Positions 10,777 through 22,502 of a DNA stretch of 64,000 bases are shown here, piece after piece (positions within the stretch are counted from its first letter, which is position 1; each line of letters starts with the position of its first letter). The notes beneath the pieces were generated by a model that worked only from the letters and a program-made list of their open reading frames with translations, searched no databases and was not told where the DNA came from. The translations under genes were made by a program, and so were the position numbers. Origin of the DNA: Octopus sinensis (Eukaryota); NCBI RefSeq assembly GCF_006345805.1, contig NC_043004.1:8928001-8992000 (forward strand). The letters run 5' to 3'.

Positions 10777-12139
10777 GCAACACCACCAATAAGAATAATA
10801 ACATTAGTGATAACTTTTATAAGAATAACAATAATAACGGCAATACGATAATACTACTTCCGGTAAAAATATCGCCATTGCTGAAATATCATTTCACTTC
10901 CTATCTCCACTCTACCAGCCTCACAACCACCAGCATCCCACTCCATCGCTTTTGTAATCCATTCTTTCCTCTATCACTGGAAAAAAAAAACCCCGAAAAA
11001 CAAACAAGCAAAACAAAAAAAGAAATGAAGAAGAGAAAAATCTCAGGTTTCACACCTTCTCCGTGGAAGAGGCAACGACGACGTCAGTGGAACACATGGA
11101 ATCCATAAGACGAGGTCGACAGCGATGGAGAAATATCATCTCGTTCGTGTCGCTTGTGTTTCTTGTGTTGGAACAGGAAGTAACCAACTAAAGATTCCTC
11201 TTAAGACAAATCTTCAAAAAAATATATATAAAGAAATAAATACAAATGATAGAAACGAACAAACACACACAAAAACTACAATACATATAAAATAAAAAGC
11301 CACGACAAAAAACAAAAGAAGCCTCCCCCCTTTTAGAGAAAAAAACTCCACCGAATAATAACGAAAGTGGATAATGTTTTGTTATTGTTGTTGCTTTCGT
11401 TGGCATCGGTCTGGGAATGATGTCTTAATTTTTTGTTGTCTATAAATGAATTATATACATTTCTGTATAAATGTATGTATATATGTATGTGTGTATATAT
11501 AAATGTGTGTGTGCGTGTGTGTAATATGCATTCACATAGTCCCATGCTTACAGACACACCCTCCAAGGAAGTAATCCGTGAATTAACCTCAAGGCAGATA
11601 TAACGCTTACTACACGAATTTCAGTCAACCGTGGCTGTTGGTTTGGGAGTGTGAAGTTAAAAGCAAGTCAATGAGTTTCATACATACATACATACATACG
11701 TACATACATGCATACACATACATACATACATACATACATACATACATACATACATACATCATATACATATGTATATATATATGTGTATATATATATTCAT
11801 ACTCTCTCTCTCACACACACACACATATATAAGGATACACCCTTATATGTATGCATACACATGCACAAGATCACATGTATATGAATATGTAGCGATGTTC
11901 TTGGTTCTGTCTCATGTTGATGCGGTTCGATGCATTTTATGTTTGTAAGAATGTTGCTGTTAATATTTTTGTCATTGATGTAATCACCAGAACGTCATAC
12001 GGGACCAAATACAAAACTTCTGCCATTACATAGATCTACATATGAAAAGAAATTAAACGCATCAGTGCTTGACGGAATGGGTATGTATTATATATATGTG
12101 TATATATATATATATATTATATATAATATATATATATAT

Positions 12140-12184
<45 letters not shown>

Positions 12185-12317
12185 ATTATATCTATATATA
12201 TATATATATGCATGTATGAATGTATGTGCGTGTACGTATGTGTGTGTGCATGTACGTGTGCATGTGTTTATATATACGTGTGTGTCAATATGTATGTGTG
12301 TATGTGAGATATTTTAT

Positions 12318-12505
12318 TTGATTCAGCCATTAATCTGTGGTCGACGATGGGGGACCGTCTTAAAGGGTTTTAATCGAAAAAATCGACCCATTTTATTTTC
12401 AAATCTAGGACTTATGCTATTAATATCTCTTGCTGAACCGCTAGGTAACAGGTATTCGAACAAACCAGCATCGGTTGTTAAACGATGGTGGGGGAACACA
12501 AATAC
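12318..12505 (-). mobile_element. SINE family A body (diverged)
   Basis: aatcgacccattt..gaaccgctagg..aaaccagcatcggttgttaaacgatggtggggg, matching the family A body. Confidence 0.65.
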
Positions 12506-12594
12506 AAAGACTCACATTCATTCGTACTTGTGTGTGTGTGCGTGTGTGTGCGTGCGTGCGTGTGTGTGTGTGTGATATATATATATATATATAT

Positions 12595-12991
12595 ATATCT
12601 TATAAGCAAGGGCTAAAGAAAGTTTTCTAAAGCCAATATACTGAAATCCACGTTTAGTCTACTTGCTACAGAAAGTTGAACTGAAATGCAGGCAACTCTA
12701 CCTTTGGAACATTTAAATTTCGTTATCTTAATATTGAATCAATTTCGGAATCAACACCATAAGTGTTCGTTCATCTTCAGTTAGGCTTCGTCTTCGTTCG
12801 TCTTCAGTTAGACGAACGAACACTTATGGTGTTGATTCCGAAATTGATTCAATATTAAGATAACGAAATTTAAATGTTCCAAAGGTAGAGTTGCCCGCAT
12901 TTCAGTTCAACTTTCTGTAGCAAGTAGATTAAACGTGGATTTCAGTATATTGGCTTTAGAAAACTTTCTTTAGCCCTTGCTTATAAGATAT
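12595..12991. repeat. Near-perfect 397-bp palindrome (178-bp arms) derived from a Penelope-LTR-like sequence
   Basis: 12595-12772 is the reverse complement of 12814-12991 with 2 differences (G12657/T12929, A12690/C12896); 41-nt spacer; HHR motif at the centre on the minus strand. Confidence 0.95.
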
Positions 12992-13144
12992 TTATAATTT
13001 TAACCGTAAAGGTTCTTTTAATATACTGCCACAATTCCTGATGGAGTTTTTTTCTGTAGAGAAAAAGGCTACATCCCTTTTAATAGTATATATATATATA
13101 TATATATATATTATTTTATATATTTTTTCTGAGTTTTATTTTCT

Positions 13145-13290
13145 GAGTTCAAGTGTCGTCGAGGTCAACTTTAGCTTTCATCCTTCCGGGGTCGATAAAA
13201 TAAGTACCAGTTGCATACTGGGTCGTTATCATTGACTTTCTCACGTGACTAAAATTGTTGCCCCTGTGTCAAAATTTGAAACCTTTATCT
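13145..13290 (+). mobile_element. SINE family B, 5'-truncated
   Basis: ctgagttcaag..gaggtcaactttagctttcatccttccggggtcgataaaataagtaccag. Confidence 0.75.
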
Positions 13291-14397
13291 CAAATGAGAA
13301 TGTGATCTGATAGTGGACTGGTTGCTATTTCTAGCAAATCAAGCCACTGTGTATTGGTTCTCTCGTTGGCTTGACACGAACGACCACTTGATCAAGACCA
13401 AGTGGTTGTTCCTGTCGTTATCGCCTTTTTTTTTAAGGGGACAGTAAGAATATAAGGATATAATGAGTTTATTGTCACTATTTTCCCGTCTTCAGATCAA
13501 CGAAGTCTTCCTCGAAAGGCGTTCTGTGTTTGTCCTGGGCACTGGATATAAAGAATCAGAAGCAATGCCGCAAATCATTTTTTCCAGCAGCATTTTCTCC
13601 AATATTTCCGACTGTTCATAACTCTGCAGTGGTACTTTACTCTACAGACTCCAGACGAATAAAAGGCAAAGCTGATCTCGCTAGTTTTTGAACTCAGAAT
13701 ATAAAACAGCCAAAATATATTTCACCGTAAGATATTTTCTCAGACGCTCAAACGATTCGGCCAATCAACCGCCATTTTCTTCTATTTTCATTTCAGATAT
13801 AAAAGTTTTGACTCTAAACTCCAATTTATTTTCATTAATCAGTGATTGTTCGTAGTTAATGGATCAATGGTGTAAACGGGTATTGATATTCGGTTAATAT
13901 TTTGCTATTCGCAATGCTTTTTTTGATGAAATTCGAATGTTTTTGAGGAATTCTTATAGGGATGTAATGGTATCACGTAAGATCTTTCTATCTAGTTTTG
14001 TTTTCTTTTCATTAATGCGCTGTAATGGTTTGTTTTCACGAACGCCAAATCAACTGATGACAAAATATCGTAGTAATATATTGATGATGAAACGGTTCGA
14101 GTGACCGAAGGTTGCTACTTTTATGTTTATGCTGAAACTTGTTCGTAACATTGGGAATCTGAAGTAACATTCCTAAATCTTAAACTCTTGTGGATGCTGG
14201 GGAGGAAGAGTATGGTTCTAGACTTATACTTTAAAATAATCTTGGGCCTCTGCTCATTTCAAGAAACTTAAATTGGGAAACATTGGAAAACTCTAGAATA
14301 CATTTTGACTGGATTTGTAGGATTTGTGTCTGTTTAATTTTACTCTTTCTTGCATGTATATATATACATACATACATGCACACACACACTACACACG

Positions 14398-14480
<83 letters not shown>

Positions 14481-14572
14481 GTAAGTACAAATATGAGAGT
14501 GTACTTGTGTATATGTGTATGAATGTAAATGAGTGCTTGTGTGCCACGGCGTAGTAACCAGAGATGAGTAAA

Positions 14573-14622
14573 CGAGTCCTGACGATGGCTTTAACAAAAG
14601 CCAAAACAAATCAATCGACTCG
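14573..14622 (+). ncRNA. Type I hammerhead ribozyme motif, probably inactive
   Basis: CGAGUC-CUGACGA-u-GGCUUU-aaca-AAAGCC-AAAA-caaaucaa-UC-GACUCG: perfect 6-bp stems I and II; GAAA reads AAAA; stem III is weak. Confidence 0.6.
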
Positions 14623-14815
14623 AACTTGTTCGCTGGTTGCTGAAAGCGCTCTTCTTTACAAACGGAGCCTGTTTGGCAGAGTTAGAGTAAAGTTATCTTT
14701 CTTAACAACTGAATTTTTGCATAACATTTTAATATACATACGTGTATACACACACGCTCACACCTATATATATATATATTATATATATATATATATTATA
14801 TATATATATAAATAT

Positions 14816-14858
<43 letters not shown>

Positions 14859-14964
14859 ATATATATAATATATATAATATTATGATTAATGACGCTCCAA
14901 TATAGACACTAACTAGTATAGGAACCATATAAAATAATACCCATACATACGTACGTACATACAT

Positions 14965-15177
14965 ACATACACCAGAGTAAGCACATAAATGTGAAACAAG
15001 GTGGAAAAATAGTACTCGAATACCAGAGGTAGAGTAATATGCTTTATTAATAAAGCTAGACATCACAAAAACTGTTACTCAGAGTTTCACGTTCCCGTTC
15101 GTCAACCAAAACTGTCCGACAAACGGGAAGGTGAAACTCTGAGTAGCAGTTTTATTGCGATCTTTGCAGCTTTATTA
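14965..15177. mobile_element. Penelope-LTR-like unit with inverted partial duplication centred on HHR
   Basis: 15048-15103 and 15118-15177 are imperfect inverted repeats; consensus cugu-CUGACGA-ACG-ggaa-CGU-GAA-ACUC-u-GAGU-A-acag; palindromic gctttattaataaagc at 15041-15056. Confidence 0.7.
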
Positions 15178-15191
15178 CTGAAGTATTAAAA

Positions 15192-15661
15192 CTCTTCTCC
15201 CTGGAGCGAAGGCGGGAGAGATATGTAGTGATATACATCTGGAAAATCCTGGAGAGTCTTGTCCCAAATTTGGCATTGAAAGTTACCGCAATAGCAGAAG
15301 GGGGCGTCACTGCATGGTGCCAAAGATCCCAACATCACCATCAAAATACAGGACCAGATACTGCAACGGCTTGGGTTTCAGGGAAATACAGCTCTTCAAT
15401 ATCCTTCCTAAATGCCTGCGAGACCTGCATGGTGTGGATGTGGATTTCTTTAAAACTAAACTGGATCTCTTCTTGTCAGGGTTTCCAGATGAACCTATTC
15501 TCAGCAGGAAACACAGAAGCGGGCAGCGGCGTCGAACTACCTTGTTGATCAAGTGCCACCTATCAGAGGTAGTTACACATACTAGTGCAGCTTATTCAAC
15601 GGTGGTGCCCCAGCACGGCCGCGGCTTTCGGGCTGAAACATTTTTAAGGATTTAAGGATTT
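15192..15661 (+). mobile_element. CR1-like LINE 3' end
   Basis: SLERRRERYVVIYIWKILESLVPN..LFNILPKCLRDLHGVDVDFFKTKLDLFLSGFPDEP; ends with a (TTAAGGAT)-like tail; second copy at 42954-43303. Confidence 0.8.
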
Positions 15662-15773
15662 GAAGTATTATATATATATAATATAATATATATATATATA
15701 TATATATATCTATATATATATATATATACATATACACATACATACATACATATACATATATATATATATATAT

Positions 15774-15818
<45 letters not shown>

Positions 15819-16049
15819 ATATGTGTGGTGTGTGTGTGTGTGTGTGTGTGTATGTATATCTGCACAAACGACGTATAATAACATCGTGTGCGTGTGTGTT
15901 GACGTAGAGAACAGGGTTCTTGGCTTTAGCCTGTCTTCTGTTATTGTTAGCACACATCTGCTATTTTGCTGATGGGTGTAGACGATTGTTATACATTGGA
16001 GCTTTGTTTTTAATTTAGTATCAAACACATTTACATATCAAATACACAT

Positions 16050-16080
<31 letters not shown>

Positions 16081-16292
16081 TCACCACACACACACATGTT
16101 ATTATGTACATATATGTATATCTATATTATATATAATATATATTATATATATATATATATAGATATATATATATATATATAAACCTAATATATACACATA
16201 TATATGTATATATACGTACATATATACACACACATATATATATAATATATATATATATACGTGTATATATTACATATATATATATATATATT

Positions 16293-16324
<32 letters not shown>

Positions 16325-16426
16325 TATAGATGCTGTCTGTATGGGAAATACAAGAAAGCGAATAAAATGCTCTAAATGCTCTCTGTCTCTCTGTCTCTCT
16401 CTGTATATATATAACATACATATATA

Positions 16427-16458
<32 letters not shown>

Positions 16459-16879
16459 GTATTATATATTGAATAAACAAGTTTTATTTTTTAAGACAGG
16501 GTGTAAATGCTTCTATTATGTATCCACACACCATCAATCACAGACAAACACACACACATACACACACTTACGCACACACGCACACACGCACACACGCACA
16601 TACGCACACACACACATGCACACACACACACACACACACACACGAAAGTAACAGTACAAAATTATGCTTTCCCATAAAAATACTTGTATATAACAGTTTT
16701 TGCAATAAAAATATTAGCCTATGTTTTCACAAGGTGAGTTTAACACACTGAACGGACGAGTGAGAATCAAATACGTATTAACGAAAAGTTTTTCGTCTAA
16801 AAAATGTTTTTATGAGTAAAATTTCGTGTATGTTATATCTAAAAAGGGTTCTGAATTTGAAGGGGGAATCACATAGTAA

Positions 16880-17030
16880 ATGGACCCGCCGTCGTAGAGT
16901 ATACCACTTATTCGATCAGTTGAAGTGCGAACTTCTTGCATTAGACTGCACGTGGCTGAGTATTCCATAGGTGCATGCACCCTCAACATATTCTTCAGGC
17001 AGAATCAAAACCACGTGATACAGCTACAGT
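16880..17030 (-). mobile_element. SINE family C 3' fragment
   Basis: Reverse complement resembles 36200-36330 (gtggagtgctcagcca..gcatg..gttgatcggatca). Confidence 0.5.
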
Positions 17031-17401
17031 CCGTACCATGTGTTTTCAGGCATTTCCCGATTATTTAGATTCATTCAATAAGACTGAAGTCGATGGAGGA
17101 CGAGATAAAGATTGTCATCGATGAGGTGTCCATAGAAGCATTTGTGCTTATTTTACACGCATTATGCGTCTGTAGTTTTGTGTCTGGATGGTTATCGCTA
17201 GAGTAACAAGTTCTATTGCTAAGAGTTTTCATTGTATTGTTTTGAATGCTGGCTTTTAGTACAAATTATTTTCTAGGTCTTCTTTTAATTTCTTAGCGTC
17301 ATTCTGCGGAGGCCATTAAGGCGGCTACTCTGTACATACCACGTTTATGTCTTGGTACACATACATACGCACGCGTGCACAGACACACACACACACACAC
17401 A

Positions 17402-17438
<37 letters not shown>

Positions 17439-17999
17439 GCACACGTAGAAACACACCCACACACACACTCACACATAAAATTACGTATGCAATCACACAC
17501 ACATATATACATTCATGCGCACACACACTCACTCACACATATTCACACACACTCACTCATACAGACATTCTAATTCTCACACAGAAACATAGACACACAG
17601 ACACATACAAACGGACACACACACACACACAGATAAACGCACATTTCGCTATGCAAAGTGCAGTCGTAATTCAGTAACTTATTCACTTATTAAGAATTTG
17701 GCTGAGTTCATACCAGAGGTCTCAGAGGGCAACCGGTGGTTATCTGAACTCTTCAGTGAGTCGGTAAAAAAACAAACTGGTTTTGGCCAATTCTTACATT
17801 GACATGCTTTCTCTAAGAAATTTGTACTTTGTGATTTGAGGATATGGATATAGTCTTTGGTACATCGGTATCGTCACGGAATGGGGGAGGCTACAAACAC
17901 CATTCTATTTCCATTGTATATGTGTCCCTACACAGTCACAGAGAGTTGAATATTAAAACGAAAGTTCATATCAAGCTTCTATATGACAATAACAAATAT

Positions 18000-18200
18000 A
18001 TTACAAGGTACATCTTCACCTGGTCCGATATACCTTGTCTGTGTAATTGCAAACAGTGCTTAAGACGTTATCCATCCATCCAACCATCCATGCATACATA
18101 CAAAATACTATGGCTACTTGCTGGGATAGACGGAACGGGATAAAATTAATGTTACTCACACATTTTTTTGTTGATGACCTAAAGTTACATTCTGAGGCAT
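18000..18200 (+). mobile_element. Degenerate non-LTR RT fragment (RLE-clade-like)
   Basis: GYLLG*TERDKINVTHTFFVDDLKLHS resembles the xxDD motif (HLLFVDDLKLY); upstream QGTSSP resembles QGDSLSP. Confidence 0.45.
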
Positions 18201-18434
18201 GATGCAGTGGCCAGAACGGTCTGGAACAGGATAAGAAAAAGGAAAACACCTACGGACGAAGTTAACTACGCAAAGACGAATGGGTCAAAAGAACATTGTT
18301 AGAATTTAAAAGAATTAAAACAGCCACCAAGTTAAAGTACAAACGGACAGAGCGTAAAAACGGGAGAAATGCCGCTATGCGTTTTGTCTGGCGCGCTTAT
18401 GATTCTGCATATATATATATATATGTATATATAT

Positions 18435-18648
18435 CCAAATGTGACTGCGTGTGTATCGTTGGCGATTTTTTTTCTTCCGTCTTCCCCTCTTTGGATCTTT
18501 CCTTTTCCTATGTTTCTGACGAAGAGCTCCGCTCGAAACGTTAAATCCTCCTTTCTTGCCTTTCATGAGTGTCCAATAACACTATACTTGTTCCACGTTC
18601 TCGCGTTGTTGTGTTTTCTCTTTGTGTTTTCATGTTTGGATTAACTAT
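18435..18648 (+). mobile_element. ~210-bp HHR-containing LTR-like monomer in (TA)n
   Basis: Colinear with 45575-45792; intact core at 18512-18547: guuu-CUGACGA-A-GAGC-ucc-GCUC-GAA-ACGU-U-aaau. Confidence 0.7.
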
Positions 18649-18944
18649 ATATATATATATATATATATGAAAAAGAAGAACGAAAATGCTACTTCCTTGA
18701 AACTTGGTACATATTAATTTTCTTTATATAAATACATTAAAAGAAGAATGTTTGGGTTTTGTTTTACATGTTTCGGTTTTTGAAAAACCTTATCAAAAAT
18801 GTGTACTAAAATGGAATATGTAGAGAAAAGAGGTATTAATAAAATTAAAATTAAGATTACCATTCATAGTTTACTTTGCTTTCTTTTGCGCACGTGGTAA
18901 TTTCCGTTACTGTCTGTGACCGCAAATTACTACTATACATTCGT

Positions 18945-19080
18945 TTATTCTTTTACTTGTTTCAGTCCTTTTGACTGCGGCCATGCTGGAGGACCACCTT
19001 TAGTCGAACAAATCGACCCCATGATTTATTCTTTGTTAGCCTAATACTTATTCTATTTGCCTCTTTTGCCGAACCGCTAG
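18945..19080 (-). mobile_element. SINE family A 3' part
   Basis: ttttacttgtttcagtc..tgactgcggccatgctggag..aaatcgacccc..tttgccgaaccgcta. Confidence 0.8.
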
Positions 19081-19159
19081 TAGAATTTAGGCTAGTTGAA
19101 ATCTGTTTGTGACATATTTCAACTGCTAAAAGGCAGTTACTGTGGAGAATAAATCTCTC

Positions 19160-20461
19160 TTATGGTGAATAAACTGTCGTCTAAATTATGCAAAGATAAA
19201 AATAACACTGACATCTCATTTTAACAGATATATTTACCAAACTTACATTAAAATATCTTGAAATACTAAAGAGAAAATTTATTCAATAAAATCGCCATTG
19301 GCTTCAACCACGGCCTCCAGACGACTTCGGAATCTCCCGCAACTCTTCTGGAGGGCCTCATTGTTTAAGTTGGTGAATGCTGTCATAATCCTTACCTTCA
19401 GTTCATCTTTGGTGTTACAAGGAGTTTTATTTGTTTCTCGCTCAACTACCCCAGTCACGCATAATAATCAAGGAAGTTGCAGTCTGGAGATTAAGGTAGC
19501 CAGACGTTAGAAGTGATGAGGTTGCAGAAATTCTCTGACAATCATGACTGGGTTCTCCTGCTTGGGTGGTATGGTGCAGAGTCATGTTGTCAGATATATG
19601 ATCTCCCAGCAGCCACCCTCTTCATTCAGAGTAGCACTACCTCCTCCAGTCACTTGATGTAGGCATGTCTGTTAAGTCTGAGGCCAAGTGGAAAGAAGAA
19701 TGGAGGCATAACGTCGCCATCACTAGCGATCACTCTAAACACCATGATGTTGACCGGATGTTTGATTTTAATCACTCTCGATGCATGTTTTGGGGACACG
19801 GCAAGCCAACAGTTGTTCTGTGTGTTCACTATCTCATCCTGGCAGAAATTTTTCTCGTCTGAGAAAAACTAAAGCATGTTCGATTCGAGGGGATGCTTGA
19901 GTTTGTTCAAAAGCTTCGTAGCACGCTCTTTCCTCTTGCCCTTGATGGCTTGGGATAAAAATTTGCCCTCTCTCATCTTGTATGAGGACTACCAAATATC
20001 TTCATTCACTACTTGCCTGATAAGAAACTCAGACACTCCCATGTCCCTGGTGATGGACCTGATTGACTTGGAGGGATCGTTGCCAATCATGGCCTGGATC
20101 TCACCAACAAACTCAGGAATTCTTTTCTTATTAGAACGATCAGAGTGAGTTTTCCGAGATGCCGTACATTCGTAATCACCATTAGACTCATCCAACACTT
20201 TCCTAATCCTCTGCACTGTCCTCAGATTGACAGCCGAACACTTCGAAATGTTCGAATTGGAGCTTCCGACGCGAGTGCCAAGCAATACAGCAGGTCGTTT
20301 CCAAATTTCTGGCAGAATGAATTGTGTTATGGTGCTGTTTCTCTCACAGACGGTGCACAACTGACCCTACTATGCAGTGCAATCGACAAAATCAAGAACA
20401 AACAATGCGCATGCACGAAATTAGAAATATAAAATGGCGACAATTTACCCATCACACCCTG
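19160..20461 (-). mobile_element. Decayed Tc1/mariner transposon, maT (DD37D) type
   Basis: Pseudo-ORF 20330 to 19279: N-terminal HTH region (ORF 19989-20360), FFSDEKNF, HDSAPYH-(37 aa)-PDCNFLDY, EAVVEANGDFIE*; multiple stops; TIR cagggtgtgatgggtaaattgtcgcc at 20436-20461; opposite TIR only weakly visible near 19160-19181. Confidence 0.85.
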
Positions 20462-20504
20462 TGCATGCATCTACACACTCACATACATATATATATATAT
20501 ATAC

Positions 20505-21168
20505 GCGATGGGTATGAGAATGGCCCCCTCATCTAGTCATGGGATATCTAGAAATTAGTCTTTATCGTAAGGTTCTTGAAAACTACGGAAGCCCATTCTC
20601 CCTCTGCATAGAAAATAACTGGAAGAGGTATCTAGATGACTACTTCATTCTTTGGCATGAAAATATAGAGGCACTTAAAGAATTTCAAGCACTTCTAAAT
20701 GGAATTGACATAAACATTCAATTTACGATGGAATATAGCCATCAACAACTTCCATTCCCCGACATCCTCATTAAGAAATCCAACAACAAAATAGAAGAAA
20801 CGGACATATACTATAGGCCCACGGACTCCAAGCAATATCTACCGTCCAATTCATGCCACCCCAGACACACTAGAATGAATATCCTCTTCAACCTAGCAAA
20901 AAAAAAAAAGAAATTGTATCTGATACAAGACCCAGGGACACACGACTATATGAGTTAAAGGATACTCATCAGCAGGAAATACCCACCACCACTAACTGAT
21001 ACAGGTTTTCAACGTGTCCTACAACTCAGTATCCACGAATTTAGACATCCCAAACTAAAGAAGGATTTACAACCGAAAGCCCTACCATACGTATCCACAC
21101 ACAATCCCCTTAACAATGAAGCCTTCGTCACCACCCTCCAGAACATTCCTTTACTAAAAAGGGACCAT
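20505..21168 (+). mobile_element. Penelope-like element reverse-transcriptase fragment
   Basis: AMGMRMAPS..MGYLE..WKRYLDDYFILW..LLNGIDINIQFTMEYSHQQLPFPDILI..TDIYYRPTDSKQYLPSNSCHPRH, which are PLE RT and thumb motifs. Confidence 0.9.
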
Positions 21169-22278
21169 GAAGGAAACGGAAGATAGATGTGGTCGTAGTC
21201 TTTATTCGGTTTGACGATCGTCTATGTATATAAACACGGCGCCGTATAACAAAACCATTCGCATCGAATGCATATATATATATATATATACCGAAGTAAG
21301 CACATAAATGTTATATTTCTGCTGCTTTTAAATATAGTATATATATATGTATGCATGCATACACACACATGTATATATATACATGCATACATACACATAT
21401 ATACACATATATACACATGCACACACACATACATACAGACATAAACATACATAAAGAGAAAGAAACTTGCCTTGTTCACTCCAGTGTACGCTACTATTTA
21501 TATCAGAACATAATTTAAGCAACATCTGCACGGCGGCTTTATTGTAGGCGGTGTAATATTTAATTGGTCTCACACACAGCTTTCTGTAACGCAAGACACA
21601 CTGTATTGAAGGAAATTATCTTTCTTCCACATATGTGAGAATATAAACAAAGATTTCGAGAAAACAATCCTACCACTACATGTGCACAAGAAACAATACC
21701 ATGTGCCAAGACTATTATTTTACTCAGATGAACTTTTACCAATCTGCTATGCATATATTGGCAAATATTGGCATAGCAAAGCACATCTGCAGATCTGATG
21801 AACAGCAGATTATTATTATTGTTATTATTATTATTATTATTATTATTGTTATTATTAATATTATTATTACATCGATAACGAAGTTGTGGCGAACTTTTTC
21901 AGGTGCAGTAGCGTCTTGGCTTTCACTTTTAGAGTTTTAGACAAGCAATAGCCACGCCTTGTATTTCCGTTATTGGCCATGGCACTACGTTGCGATTATG
22001 AGGTGAAGAGAGTTTTATTGAGCTCCACTGACACACAGACACATATTCGCACATATGCATACACATACGCTTTGGAACATAAACACATCATGCACACAAA
22101 CACATGGGCATTTAGACAACACACACACACATTTATATATATATATATATATGTATAGCCATTCACATATGCATATGTAGCTACTTATACAGATATTTGT
22201 CATAAGTATCAGAAAGTACTTGGGTACATAAATATATTTATATTTACACACACACCACACACACACACACACACACCA

Positions 22279-22318
<40 letters not shown>

Positions 22319-22445
22319 GCGCGCGTTCAAAAGGAGGGAGAAAGAAAGAAAGAATGAGAGAGAACGAGAGAATTTTTCTTTTTCTTAATTATATATTCAA
22401 GTACATTCTGATACGTATATGTATATGTATATGTGTGTGTGCGTG

Positions 22446-22502
<57 letters not shown>

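Noticed and set aside
13480-13640. Possible Gypsy gag remnant (LEKMLLEKMICGIASD, minus strand) or exon on the plus strand
   Set aside because: A single weak motif with no LTR or pol context; the plus-strand frames give no recognisable protein.
16724-16740. Consensus splice donor AAG|GTGAGT
   Set aside because: No convincing upstream acceptor or reading frame.
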